Shown piece after piece: positions 22,378 to 32,014 of a stretch of 32,065 nucleotides of DNA. A program made the position numbers and the translations under genes. This stretch comes from Dehalococcoidia bacterium (GTDB lineage Bacteria; Chloroflexota; Dehalococcoidia; DSTF01; RBG-16-68-14), in the NCBI GenBank assembly GCA_040882355.1, contig JBBEBM010000032.1, positions 1-32,065 of the forward strand, read 5' to 3'. The first letter of the stretch is position 1. Every line of letters begins with the position of its first letter. The notes beneath the pieces were generated by a model. It searched no databases and was not told the origin of the DNA. It worked only from the letters and a program-made list of their open reading frames with translations.

Positions 22378-23456
22378 GCGGCCACCTCCGTCAGCAGTTC
22401 GGCGATGCGTCGCGCGGCATCCGGCTTCGCGAGGCGACGCATCGCTTCGCCCATCGCGCGCAGTTTCGTCTCGTCCGCGAGCAGCTCCCGCACGACATCG
22501 CTCAGCCGCGCAAGCTGCGTCTGCTCCAGCATGACGCCGGCGCCTTGCTCTTCCAGGTAGCGCGCGTTCGGGCTCTGGTCCCAGCCCTCGTAGACGCCGG
22601 GCACGAGCACCGCGGGCAGGCACGCCGCCGGCAGCTCACCGAGCGTCGAAGCGCCGGCGCGCATCACCGCGAGGTCGGCCGCTGCCATCGCACCGGCCAT
22701 GTCATCGAGGTAGCCAAAGACGTGGTAGCGCTCACGCAGCGCCTCCGGCAGCCCGCCTTGGCGGGCGCGCACCTCGGCTTCGTCCGCGCGACCCGTCAGG
22801 TGCAGCACATTCGCCGCATCGAGCAGCGATTCGATCTGTTCCATCACCGCGCCGTTCAGCCGGTGGGCGCCCTGGCTCGCGCCGCTCACGAGGAGCACCT
22901 TCGCATCCAGCGGCAGGCCGAGGCGCTGCCGCGCTCCTTCGCGTGTGGCGACCCAGAACGAATCGCGCACCGGATACCCGACGACGACGCCTTTGCCGGC
23001 GGGCAGCTCGTCGAGCGAGCGTTCAGCGGTCGTCGCGACGCGCGTAGCGAGCCGCGAGAGCAGGCGCACCGCCCAGCCCGGGCGCACATCGGGCAGATAG
23101 ACGACGAGCGGGCGGCGTCGCAGGCGAGCGGCGATGCCCACCGGCACGCTGGCGTAGCCGCCGGTGGCGAAGACGGCGTCGGGCCGGAAGCGGCCGAGCA
23201 GCCGCCAGGCCTGCGCCGTGCCGAGCGCGAGGTCGAGGAGGCTGCGCAGCGCCCGCAGCGGCGACTTGACGCGCAGGGGTCCGGCGCGCACTGCTTCGAA
23301 GGGCAGACCGGCGTCCGCGACGATCGTCTCGTCCATGCGGCCGCGCACACCGATGTAGAGCAGCTCGTGCGCGCCTGCCTGGCGGAGCGCTTCGCCGACC
23401 GCAAGGGCCGGGTAGACGTGGCCACCGGTGCCTCCACCTGAGAGGACCACCTTCAC
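22374..23456 (-). CDS. murG: Lipid II GlcNAc transferase MurG
   Basis: SGGGTGGHVYPALA, TGGYASVP, GASQGA, RAGASTLGEL. Confidence 0.95.
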   Translation of the reverse strand: MKVVLSGGGTGGHVYPALAVGEALRQAGAHELLYIGVRGRMDETIVADAGLPFEAVRAGPLRVKSPLRALRSLLDLALGTAQAWRLLGRFRPDAVFATGGYASVPVGIAARLRRRPLVVYLPDVRPGWAVRLLSRLATRVATTAERSLDELPAGKGVVVGYPVRDSFWVATREGARQRLGLPLDAKVLLVSGASQGAHRLNGAVMEQIESLLDAANVLHLTGRADEAEVRARQGGLPEALRERYHVFGYLDDMAGAMAAADLAVMRAGASTLGELPAACLPAVLVPGVYEGWDQSPNARYLEEQGAGVMLEQTQLARLSDVVRELLADETKLRAMGEAMRRLAKPDAARRIAELLTEVAA

Positions 23457-24649
23457 CTCGCTCCTCGCCGTCCCCGACGTTGGGGACGATCGGCTTCGTC
23501 CGTGTTCTCTTCCTCTTCTACGAGCGGCGGGCCGTTTGCGTACCGCGACACGCTCAGCAAGATCCCGACCGCCGCAAGCAGCGCCGCGAGCGCGGAACCT
23601 CCGTAGCTCAAGAAGGGCATCGGGATACCGGTCATCGGCATGGCGCGCGTGATGCCGCCGACGTTGATTAGCGCCTGGTACGCGATCCAGCTAATGATGC
23701 CCGTCGCCAGCAGCGCGCCGAAGTCGTCGCGGGCGTTCAGCGCGATGCGGAAGCCGCGGAAGACCAGCACGGCGAACAGGACCACGACGGCCATCGCGCC
23801 GATGAAGCCCAACTCCTCGCCGATGATGGCGAAGATGCCATCGGTGTGAGAGCCGGGGATGTAGAAGAACTTCTGCCGGCTCGCGCCGAGGCCCAGCCCT
23901 TCTATGCCACCACTGCCCAGGGCGATCAGGAGCTGGATCGTCTGGAAGCCGAGGCCCGCGGGATCGTCCTCAGCACGAATGAAGGCGAAGAGGCGGTCGG
24001 CGCGATAGCCGGACGTAAGGATAAGGAAGCTCGCCGCGACCCCGCCGATGCCCATCAGCGCCACGAGATGCGTGAGCGAGGCGCCGGCGATGAAAAAGAG
24101 CGTCATCGTGGTGAGTATTAGGATGGCCGCCGTGCCGGTGTCGGGCTCGAGGAGCACCAGGCCGGCGACGATGCCGACCATGAGCACAAAGGGCACGAAG
24201 CCGAGATAGAAGCTGCGTACGTCTGTGCCCCGCGCGGCGAGCCAGGCCGAGACGTAGATGATCAGCGCAAGCTTGGCGAACTCGCTTGGCTGCACCGGCG
24301 GCAGCGGCCCAATCGCGATCCAGCGGTAGGCGCCGTTGCGCTCCAGCCCGAGGCCGGGTACGAGCACCGCCATCAGCCCGACGATCGATGCGAGCATCAG
24401 GAGCGGGCTCAGCTTGCGCAGGATGGCGTAGTCCAGGCGCATCAGCACCACGAGCATGATCCCGCCGATCGCCGCCCACATCGTCTGGCGGGTGACGAAG
24501 TAGTGGGCGTCGTTAAAGGCGAGCAGGCCGAGCGCCAGGCTGGAGCTGTAGACCATGATCAGCCCCAGCACCACGAGTCCGGCGACGAGCCCGAGGAGCA
24601 GGTAGTCCGGGCGGCCCTTCATTGGAGGAGCGGTTTCGGCCAGGGCCAT
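23453..24649 (-). CDS. ftsW: SEDS peptidoglycan polymerase FtsW
   Basis: Start ATG 24649 (SD AGGAGG); GLIMVYSSS, QPSEFAK, EPDTG, HTDGIFAIIGEELG, TGIPMPFLSYGGS. Confidence 0.95.
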   Translation of the reverse strand: MALAETAPPMKGRPDYLLLGLVAGLVVLGLIMVYSSSLALGLLAFNDAHYFVTRQTMWAAIGGIMLVVLMRLDYAILRKLSPLLMLASIVGLMAVLVPGLGLERNGAYRWIAIGPLPPVQPSEFAKLALIIYVSAWLAARGTDVRSFYLGFVPFVLMVGIVAGLVLLEPDTGTAAILILTTMTLFFIAGASLTHLVALMGIGGVAASFLILTSGYRADRLFAFIRAEDDPAGLGFQTIQLLIALGSGGIEGLGLGASRQKFFYIPGSHTDGIFAIIGEELGFIGAMAVVVLFAVLVFRGFRIALNARDDFGALLATGIISWIAYQALINVGGITRAMPMTGIPMPFLSYGGSALAALLAAVGILLSVSRYANGPPLVEEEENTDEADRPQRRGRRGAR

Positions 24650-24651
24650 CG

Positions 24652-26040
24652 CTACCTCCTTCCCTTCGCGGCCAGGCGCCGCGCCTGACAGCGGAAGTCT
24701 TCGCCGCGCGCCTCGAAGTTGTCGTAGGCGTCGTAGCTCGTGCACGCGGGCGAGAGGAGCACGACATCGCCCGGCTTCGCGAGGCGGCGAGCTGCCTCGA
24801 CGGCCTGGCCGAGCGTGTCGACTCGTTCGACCTGCGCCTCGCCGCCAGCCGAACGGAGTGCTTCTTCCAACAGCGGGCCAGCTTCGCCGAAACAGACGGC
24901 GGCCCGGCAGCGGGCGTGCGTCTCGCGTGCCAGCTCCTCGAGCGGGAGGTGCTTTTCGCGGCCCCCCAGCAGGAGCACGACCGGCTCCTTGAACGAGCGC
25001 AGGCCGGCGAGCGTGCGCTCGGGCGTCGTGGCGATGCTGTCGTTGTAATAGGAGACGCCGTTGCTGGCGGCGACGAGCTCGAGCCGGTGCGGCACGGCCT
25101 TGAACTCGCGCACGGCGCGCGCGACCGCCTCGGACGGCAGGCCGGCGGCGCAGGCGACGGCGACGGCGGCGAGCACGTTCGATACGTTGTGCGCGCCGCG
25201 GAGCGGTATCTCGCGAACGGTGAGCAGCTTCGTTTCGACGTGACCCTGGCGCCAGAGGATGTCGCCGTCCCGGAGGAAGGCGGCTCCGTCGCCGTTTGGC
25301 GGCCGGCGCGCGCTGAACCAGACCACCTGGCCACGCGCCTCCGTCACGAACGAGCTGGTCACCTCGTCGTCGAGATTCAGGACCGCGATGTCGTTCTTCG
25401 ACTGCTCGCGCAGGATGCGCAGCTTAAGCGCCGTGTACTCGTCCCAGGTGTAGCGGTCCAGGTGGTTGGGGGTAACGTTGAGCACACAGGCGATGTGCGG
25501 GCCGCGCTCGGCCAGCTCAAGCTGTGTGTGGCTCAGCTCGAGCACGACCCACGTTTCGGGCGTGATCTCGTCAAGCAGGCCCAGCAGCCCGACGCCGATG
25601 TTCCCGCCCACGACGTGCCTGCGACCGGCGGCGGCGAACATCGCTGCCACCAGAGAGGTGGTGGTCGTCTTGCCGCTGCTGCCTGTGATGCCGATCACGG
25701 TGCCCTCGCAGCGTTCGAGGAAGAGGCGGGTCATCGAGCTGATTGGAACGCCCTTCTCGCGCGCCGCCTCTACGGCGGGCAGCGTCAGCGGCACCCCCTG
25801 AGAGACGAAGAGCATCTCGGAGGCGGCCGCCTCATCGACGCGGTTCTCGCCCAGCGAGAACTGGACCGGCAGGCCGTCGAGCTCCTGGATACGGCGGGCG
25901 AGGGCTTCGGGCGGCTTCGAATCGGAGACAGTGACAGAAGCGCCCTGGGACGCGAGGTAGCGTACCAGGTCGACGCCCTCGATTCCGAGGCCTAGAACTG
26001 TCACACGCTTTCCCACCAGGAACTCTCGATCACCTGTCAT
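24652..26040 (-). CDS. murD: UDP-MurNAc-L-Ala--D-Glu ligase
   Basis: GITGSSGKTTT, GGNIG, LELSHTQL, NHLDRY, HRLE, YNDSIAT, LLSPACTSYD. Confidence 0.95.
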   Translation of the reverse strand: MTGDREFLVGKRVTVLGLGIEGVDLVRYLASQGASVTVSDSKPPEALARRIQELDGLPVQFSLGENRVDEAAASEMLFVSQGVPLTLPAVEAAREKGVPISSMTRLFLERCEGTVIGITGSSGKTTTTSLVAAMFAAAGRRHVVGGNIGVGLLGLLDEITPETWVVLELSHTQLELAERGPHIACVLNVTPNHLDRYTWDEYTALKLRILREQSKNDIAVLNLDDEVTSSFVTEARGQVVWFSARRPPNGDGAAFLRDGDILWRQGHVETKLLTVREIPLRGAHNVSNVLAAVAVACAAGLPSEAVARAVREFKAVPHRLELVAASNGVSYYNDSIATTPERTLAGLRSFKEPVVLLLGGREKHLPLEELARETHARCRAAVCFGEAGPLLEEALRSAGGEAQVERVDTLGQAVEAARRLAKPGDVVLLSPACTSYDAYDNFEARGEDFRCQARRLAAKGRR

Positions 26041-26052
26041 AGCACTTTCTCA

Positions 26053-27030
26053 CTACTCTGTCAAGGCGAGGGCGATCCCCAGAAGCGCGCCCACGGCTCC
26101 GACGAGCCAGAACCGCAGCACGACCTGAGTCTCGGCCCAGCCGGCGAGCTCGAAGTGGTGGTGAAGCGGCGCCATCTTCAGCACCCGCTTCCCGGTGAGC
26201 CGGAACGAGCCGATCTGGGCGATATTCGACAACCCTTCGGCGACAAGGACGATGCCAACGATGGGCAGCAGGAGCCACCAGCCAGTCATCAGCGCAACGA
26301 CGGCCAGACCGGCGCCAAGCGGCAGGGCGCCCGATTCGCCCATGAAGACGCTTGCCGGATGGGCGTTGTGCCAAAGGAAGCCGATCAGCGCCCCCACGAC
26401 CGTGAAGCAGAAGATCGCGAGGTACGTCTGGCCCTGAAGCCCGGCGATTACGCCGTACGCCCCGTAGGCGAGCGCCATCAGGCCGCCAAGCAGGCCATCG
26501 AGGCCGTCCGTGATGGCCGTAGCGGTGGTCGTCGCGGCGACGACGAGCACGGCGATGGCGACGAACCCGGCGTTCATCTCGTAGCTGTGGCCGCCGGGCA
26601 ACAGCATGAAGTGCTCGTCGAGGGCGAACGCGAGCACCAGCCCCACAACCAGCCCTACCGCGACGAAGAGCCCCTCCTTCACGACGAAGCCCATGCGCTC
26701 GTGGCCGCCGGTCGCGCTCGCTCTACCGACGAGCGTGCGGCGGTCGTCTGCGATGCCGAAGAGGCCGGTCGCGATCATTACGCCGAGGGGCAGCAGCACG
26801 GGCAGGTGCCCGACCACGTTGCTCGCGAGCGTGACAGCAACGATCGTCGCGACGACGAACGCGCCGCCCATGGTCGGCGTGCCTGTCTTCGCCTGGTGGG
26901 ACTGCGGGCCTTCCTCGCTGATCGCCTTGACGATGCCGAGGCGGCGCAGCAGCGCGACCGTCTGCCATCCTACCAGGGCGGAGACGACGCTTGCGGCGGA
27001 ACCGATGACCAGCGCGCGGACCATCGTCAC
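26053..27030 (-). CDS. mraY: Phospho-N-acetylmuramoyl-pentapeptide transferase (divergent active-site motifs)
   Basis: KTGTPTMGG, GIADD, TDGLDGL, PASVFMGESG, MAPLHHHFELAGW; canonical position between murF and murD. Confidence 0.9.
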   Translation of the reverse strand: MTMVRALVIGSAASVVSALVGWQTVALLRRLGIVKAISEEGPQSHQAKTGTPTMGGAFVVATIVAVTLASNVVGHLPVLLPLGVMIATGLFGIADDRRTLVGRASATGGHERMGFVVKEGLFVAVGLVVGLVLAFALDEHFMLLPGGHSYEMNAGFVAIAVLVVAATTTATAITDGLDGLLGGLMALAYGAYGVIAGLQGQTYLAIFCFTVVGALIGFLWHNAHPASVFMGESGALPLGAGLAVVALMTGWWLLLPIVGIVLVAEGLSNIAQIGSFRLTGKRVLKMAPLHHHFELAGWAETQVVLRFWLVGAVGALLGIALALTE

Positions 27031-28385
27031 TCCTTCAGGACGTCGAGCAGCGTCTCGAACGCCATCGCGCGCGAGCCCTTCACGAGTACGACGTCGTCCG
27101 GGCGCAGGTCAGCGGCGATCGCTTCGCCTGCCGCTTCATTCGCGGGCCAGTGATGCGTCGACCTGTGTCCGGCAGCAATCGCTGCCTCGGCGATGACCGC
27201 GCCGAGATCGCCGACCGTGTGAATGACGTCAGCCGCCTCCGCGGCCCGCTGGCCGACGAAGACGTGGCTCTCTCGCTCTGCCGGGCCCAGCTCCTTCATG
27301 TCACCGAGCAGCGCGATGCGCCGGCCCGGGATCTCGGCGAGCAGATCGAGCGCCGCCGCCATCGACGCCGGGCTCGCGTTGTAGGTATCGTCGATGATCG
27401 TCGCGCCGTTGCGCCCGCGCACGGTCCGCACGCGCAGGGGCACGTCGACGCGCTCCAGCGCTCGTGCGACCTCGCCGAGCGACATGCCATCGGCGAGAGC
27501 GACGGCGGCGGCGGCGAGCGCGTCCGACACGATGTGGCGGCCGGGCAGCGAGGTCTTCGTGAGCGCGCTCTCGCCTCGCCAGTGGAGCCGGAACGCCACG
27601 CCCTCCAGCCCCCGGCTCGCGATCTCGCTCGCGCGCACGTCAGCCTCGTCGGACGTACCGAAGAAGAGCGGGCGAGCGCGCGTTCGGTCCGCCATCGAGC
27701 GCACGAGAGGATCGTCGGCGTTGAGCACCGCGAAGCCGTGGGGCGGCAGGCTCTCGAGCAGCTCCGCTTTCGCGGCGGCGATCGCTTCCAGGCTGCCGAG
27801 CTGCTCCATGTGCGTCGGGCCCACGTTCGTCACCACGCCGATCTCGGGCCGCGCGATCTCGCAGAGGAGGCGGATCTGGCCCGGGCCGCGCATCGCCATC
27901 TCCAGAACGGCGCGGCGGTGGCGCTGCGTCAGCTCGAGCAGCGTGAGCGGCAGGCCGATCTCCGTGTTGTAGTTCGCCTCGTTCTTGAGCACGGGATAGC
28001 GCGTGGCGAGGATAGCGGCGGTGATCTCCTTCGTCGTCGTCTTGCCGACCGTGCCGGTGACGCCGATCACCTTCGCGCGACGGCGGTCCCGGCGGCCGGC
28101 GGCGAGACGCTGCAGCGCGGCGAGGGTGTCGCTCACGACGAAGACGCCGACGCCTTCCGGCAGGCCCGACGGCGCTTCGTTCACGACAACGCCGCGCGCG
28201 CCGCGCGCGACCGCGTCGGGGACGAAGCGCTGGCCGTCGTCGCGTTCGCCGCGCAAGGCGAAGAAGAGATCGCCTCGACCGGCCTGGCGCGAGTCGATCA
28301 CCGGCCGGCGGAAGCGCGCGGCGCCAGGGCGTCGCTCGATCAGGAGCGACCCGAGGCTCTCAGCAATTTCGCTCGCAGTGATCAT
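27027..28385 (-). CDS. murF: UDP-MurNAc-tripeptide--D-Ala-D-Ala ligase
   Basis: IDSR, GVTGTVGKTTTKE, NTEIGLPLTL, DDTYNASPASM, LGDMKELG, LVKGSR. Confidence 0.95.
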   Translation of the reverse strand: MITASEIAESLGSLLIERRPGAARFRRPVIDSRQAGRGDLFFALRGERDDGQRFVPDAVARGARGVVVNEAPSGLPEGVGVFVVSDTLAALQRLAAGRRDRRRAKVIGVTGTVGKTTTKEITAAILATRYPVLKNEANYNTEIGLPLTLLELTQRHRRAVLEMAMRGPGQIRLLCEIARPEIGVVTNVGPTHMEQLGSLEAIAAAKAELLESLPPHGFAVLNADDPLVRSMADRTRARPLFFGTSDEADVRASEIASRGLEGVAFRLHWRGESALTKTSLPGRHIVSDALAAAAVALADGMSLGEVARALERVDVPLRVRTVRGRNGATIIDDTYNASPASMAAALDLLAEIPGRRIALLGDMKELGPAERESHVFVGQRAAEAADVIHTVGDLGAVIAEAAIAAGHRSTHHWPANEAAGEAIAADLRPDDVVLVKGSRAMAFETLLDVLKE

Positions 28386-28397
28386 GTCGAGTGTGAG

Positions 28398-30113
28398 CTA
28401 CGGTCCGGCGTCCACGAGCGCCGGGTCGGGCGCGACGCCGAGGTAGGTGAGGATCTGAGGCGTCAGCGTGCGAAAGATCGGCGCGGCAACGACGCCGCCG
28501 AGGCGATCGTCCTGCGGCTCGTCGACCTTCACCAGCATGATAAAGCGCGGCGCCTCGACCGGCGCGAACCCGATGAAGGATGCGATGGTCGTCGAGCGGT
28601 CCGTGAAGGTGCTGGTGCCGGTCTTCCCGCCTACCGAGTAGCCGTGCACCCGGGCGAGGTGGTTGGGAACGCCCTCCACCACGGCATTCAGCATCTCCAC
28701 TAGCGTTCGAGAGGTCTCCGGAGACACCGCCCGCCGTACGACCACGGGTTCGAAGCTGCGCGGGCCGTCAGGACCGACCACCTCCTTCACGATGTAGGGT
28801 CGCATGAGGAGGCCGCCGTTGACAAGGGCGGACACGGCCGTGATCATCTGGAGCGGCGTCGCGGCGATGCTCTGGCCGAAGCTGCCCGTCGCCAGGTCGG
28901 ACGGGTACCAGCCGTCGTCCGTGTTGGTGCGGAACATGCCCGTCCCCTCGCCCGCCAACCCGACGTCCGTTGCCTCGCCGAAGCCGAAACGCTGCACGTA
29001 GTCGTAGAAGTTGTCAGCGCCAAGCAGGCCGCTGAGCCAGACAGCGCCCGTGTTCAGGCTGTACTGGAGGATCTGCGTGGCCGTCACCGTGCCCCGCGAG
29101 CTGTAGTCCCAGTTGTGGATCGTCGCGCCCTGCACGCGCGCGACGCCGCTGTCATAGAAGGTGCTGTTCGGTGTGACCAGGCCCAGATCGATCGCCGCGG
29201 CCATGGTCACCGTTTTCATCAGCGAGCCGGGCGGGTACGTGTCGGTGACGGCGCGGTTGCGATAGAGGTCGGCCTGGGCCGGGTCGTTGAGGTTGAGCGC
29301 GCTCAGCTTGAAGCTCGGGCGGCTCGCCATCGCCATGATCTCACCGGTCATCGGGTCCATGACGATGACCGAGCCGCCGGTCGCCTTGTGCTGTTCGATC
29401 GCTTTGTCCAGCTCGATCTCCACCAGCCGCTGAATGTAGCGGTCGATGGTCAGGCGTACGTCGCCGCCGGGTACGGGCTCGCCACCGAGCTTTCGGCCGA
29501 ACGGGATCGGATTGCCGATCGCGTCCCGCTCGAAGTAGACCTCGGCGGGCACGCCGCCCAGCTCGGCGTCGAAGTCGGACTCGAGGCCGGTAAGCCCCGT
29601 CTGGTCGCGCCCGACGAACCCGAGCAGCGTCGACGCCACGTCCCCCTCCGGATAGAAGCGCAGGCTCGTCTCCACCGCCTTAACGCCCGGCGGCGCGTCG
29701 TCGATGAGCTGGAGGCCCTTCGTCGCATCCAGCGAGCGCGCGGCCAGATAGTCGCCCTGGTCCTGCCCGCGGACGTCCAGCACAAGCTTAGCCGGGTCTC
29801 GCCCGAGCACCGGCGCGAGCGCGGCGGCGCCGCGAATGGCCGTCGCGTCATCGCCCCAGGTCCGCGGATCGACATAGATGTCGAAGGCTGCCACGGTCGT
29901 GGCGAGCGGGTAGCCGTTGCGGTCGAGGACTGCGCCACGCGGCGCGCGCACGATCGTGCGATGAAGGTGCTCCTCCTCGGCCTGCTGGACGTAGTAATCG
30001 TGGTGGAGGAGCTGCACCTGTACGAGGCGCGCGACGATCCATCCCGTGCCGGCGACGAGGAGCAAGATCAGAAGGAGCAGCCGCCAGCTCAGGCGGCTAT
30101 TGCGGCGTGCCAT
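28398..30113 (-). CDS. ftsI: Class B penicillin-binding protein (FtsI/PBP3-like)
   Basis: Start ATG 30113; N-terminal TM, RGAVLDRNG, RFYPEG, LTID, catalytic SLMK, SLN and KTGT motifs. Confidence 0.92.
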   Translation of the reverse strand: MARRNSRLSWRLLLLILLLVAGTGWIVARLVQVQLLHHDYYVQQAEEEHLHRTIVRAPRGAVLDRNGYPLATTVAAFDIYVDPRTWGDDATAIRGAAALAPVLGRDPAKLVLDVRGQDQGDYLAARSLDATKGLQLIDDAPPGVKAVETSLRFYPEGDVASTLLGFVGRDQTGLTGLESDFDAELGGVPAEVYFERDAIGNPIPFGRKLGGEPVPGGDVRLTIDRYIQRLVEIELDKAIEQHKATGGSVIVMDPMTGEIMAMASRPSFKLSALNLNDPAQADLYRNRAVTDTYPPGSLMKTVTMAAAIDLGLVTPNSTFYDSGVARVQGATIHNWDYSSRGTVTATQILQYSLNTGAVWLSGLLGADNFYDYVQRFGFGEATDVGLAGEGTGMFRTNTDDGWYPSDLATGSFGQSIAATPLQMITAVSALVNGGLLMRPYIVKEVVGPDGPRSFEPVVVRRAVSPETSRTLVEMLNAVVEGVPNHLARVHGYSVGGKTGTSTFTDRSTTIASFIGFAPVEAPRFIMLVKVDEPQDDRLGGVVAAPIFRTLTPQILTYLGVAPDPALVDAGP

Positions 30114-30194
30114 CCCTCTCTCCTCCGACGGCCCGAATCCGGGCCGCCGTGGCGCTCCGGCGGCCATGCCGGGCCGTCGCAGTGCTGGCGTTAG

Positions 30195-30629
30195 CTAGAA
30201 CGGGAGGACGCGGAGCAGGTCTCGCCACCAGGATGAGTCCTGCTCTTCTGCCTCGAGTTCGTCAGTTGACGAGGTACGAGCGCCAAGCTGTTGGTCCGCC
30301 GGCGGCGGCGCCACGTTCACCAGGACGGACGACCGCTCTTGGGGAGGCGCCAGCCCCAGCCGCTCCGTTGCGTCTCGTTCGATCCGGTCCAGCGATTGGA
30401 GCGCCGCAACGTCCCGCTCCAACTCGCGGACGTGCGCCAGCCGCTCCAGGCGCTGCTGTTCGAGTGACTGGATATCGAAGCTCGTCGTCGCCAGCCCGGA
30501 CACGAGCATCATGCGCGCCATTGAGATGACGACGACGGCCACGCCGGCGATGATGGCGATGGAGACCGGGCTGAGCTGCAGCCTGACGAGCGGTTGGGCG
30601 CGAGCGAAGGTGCGGCTAAGAACGGCCAC
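30195..30629 (-). CDS. ftsL: FtsL-like membrane-anchored coiled-coil protein
   Basis: TM segment, coiled coil, LQSLDRIERDATERLGL; sits between rsmH and ftsI. Confidence 0.7.
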   Translation of the reverse strand: MAVLSRTFARAQPLVRLQLSPVSIAIIAGVAVVVISMARMMLVSGLATTSFDIQSLEQQRLERLAHVRELERDVAALQSLDRIERDATERLGLAPPQERSSVLVNVAPPPADQQLGARTSSTDELEAEEQDSSWWRDLLRVLPF

Positions 30630-30641
30630 GGCGCCCGCCTC

Positions 30642-31586
30642 CTACGCGGCCGCCGGCAGGCGCTCCGCGACGCGGAGCCGGGCGCTCCGGCTGCGGGGGT
30701 TGCGCGTGACCTCATCGTGCGCAGGGCGGACCGCGCCCCGGCTGACCCGGCGAAGCGTCGCCTTGTGGGCGCACGTGCAGACCGGCTGGCGCGGCGGGCA
30801 GATGCAGTCCCGCGACTCGCGCTGGATGAACGTCTTGACGAGGCGGTCTTCCAGCGAGTGATAGCTGATCACTGCCAGCCGGCCAAGGTCGCCCAGGAGG
30901 CTGCAGGCCTGTGGAAGCGCGGCATCGAGGCTGAGGAGCTCCTCGTTCACCGCAATCCGGAGGGCCATGAACATCCTGGTGGCGGGGTGGGTCTGGCGTC
31001 CTGCCCTCCCGCCTGCAGCCTCCAAGGCGACCTTGGCGAGTTCTAGCGTTGTCTTGAGCGGGCGTCGCTTCACGATGAGCCGGGCGATCCGCCGCGACCC
31101 CGTCTCCTCGCCGTAGCGCCAGAGCACGTCGGCGAGGTCCCGCTCCGAGTAGTCGTTGACGATCTGGGCCGCCGTCAGCTTCTGGCTAGGGCTGAAGCGC
31201 ATGTCCAGCGGTCCTTCGAGCTGGAAGCTGAAGCCGCGTTCGGCGGTTTCGACCTGCATCGATGACAGGCCGAGGTCCAGCAGCACGCCGTGCACGGGCG
31301 CGAAGCCGATCTCGCGGCAGAGGCGCTCGAGCTCCGCGAAGCTCCCCTCGATCAGACGGACGTCCGCGCCGAAGCGCTCCAGCCGCCGGCTCGCGATGTC
31401 GAGCGCCTGCGGGTCGCGGTCGAGGCCCAAGAGCGCGCCTCCGGGCGACGCTGCCTCCATGATCGCCTCGGCATGGCCGCCTGCGCCCACGGTCGCGTCC
31501 ACATATCGGCCGCCTGGCCGCACGTTCAGCGCGGCGAGCGACTCGCGCAGCAGAACGGGCTGGTGGTCGACGGCCGTGGGACTCAT
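30642..31586 (-). CDS. rsmH: 16S rRNA m4C1402 methyltransferase
   Basis: Start ATG 31586 (ATGA overlap with mraZ stop); HQPVLL, DATVGAGGH, DLGLSSMQ, RGFSF...PLDMR, ISYHSLEDR, NPRSRSARLR. Confidence 0.96.
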   Translation of the reverse strand: MSPTAVDHQPVLLRESLAALNVRPGGRYVDATVGAGGHAEAIMEAASPGGALLGLDRDPQALDIASRRLERFGADVRLIEGSFAELERLCREIGFAPVHGVLLDLGLSSMQVETAERGFSFQLEGPLDMRFSPSQKLTAAQIVNDYSERDLADVLWRYGEETGSRRIARLIVKRRPLKTTLELAKVALEAAGGRAGRQTHPATRMFMALRIAVNEELLSLDAALPQACSLLGDLGRLAVISYHSLEDRLVKTFIQRESRDCICPPRQPVCTCAHKATLRRVSRGAVRPAHDEVTRNPRSRSARLRVAERLPAAA

Positions 31587-32014
31587 GACGGCCCGCGCCT
31601 TCTGCGCGATGCCGGAGCGGGCTGACGGCGCTTCGCCATGGCGTCGGCGAAACGTCGCGGGTTCCAGATCTCGAGCCATTCGCCGGTACCGGCGACGATC
31701 ACCGCGTTCTCCAGGCTGGCGTACGTCCGCATGGGGCCGGGGATCAGGATTCGTCCCTGCCGGTCCAGCTCCACAGCCATGCAGTTGGCGAAAAAGTCGC
31801 GCCGGTCCTCCCGGCCTTCCTGCTCCGTCGATGGCTTGCTGGTGTAGAGCTGCGCCTCGCGCTGGAAGCTCTCGCCGGTAAAGAGACGCAGACAGGAGTC
31901 CGGCCCTTCGTTGAGCCAGGCTTCCTCCGTAAAGGCGTTGCGATAGCGCGGCGGCACCGGTACCCGGCCCCGCTCGTCCATCGCGTACTCGAAGCGGCCT
32001 GCAAAGACCTGCAC
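31583..32014 (-). CDS. mraZ: Division/cell-wall cluster transcriptional regulator MraZ
   Basis: Two SpoVT/AbrB repeats: MDERGRVPVP and LDRQGRILIP, ending LEIWN. Confidence 0.93.
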   Translation of the reverse strand: MQVFAGRFEYAMDERGRVPVPPRYRNAFTEEAWLNEGPDSCLRLFTGESFQREAQLYTSKPSTEQEGREDRRDFFANCMAVELDRQGRILIPGPMRTYASLENAVIVAGTGEWLEIWNPRRFADAMAKRRQPAPASRRRRGPS

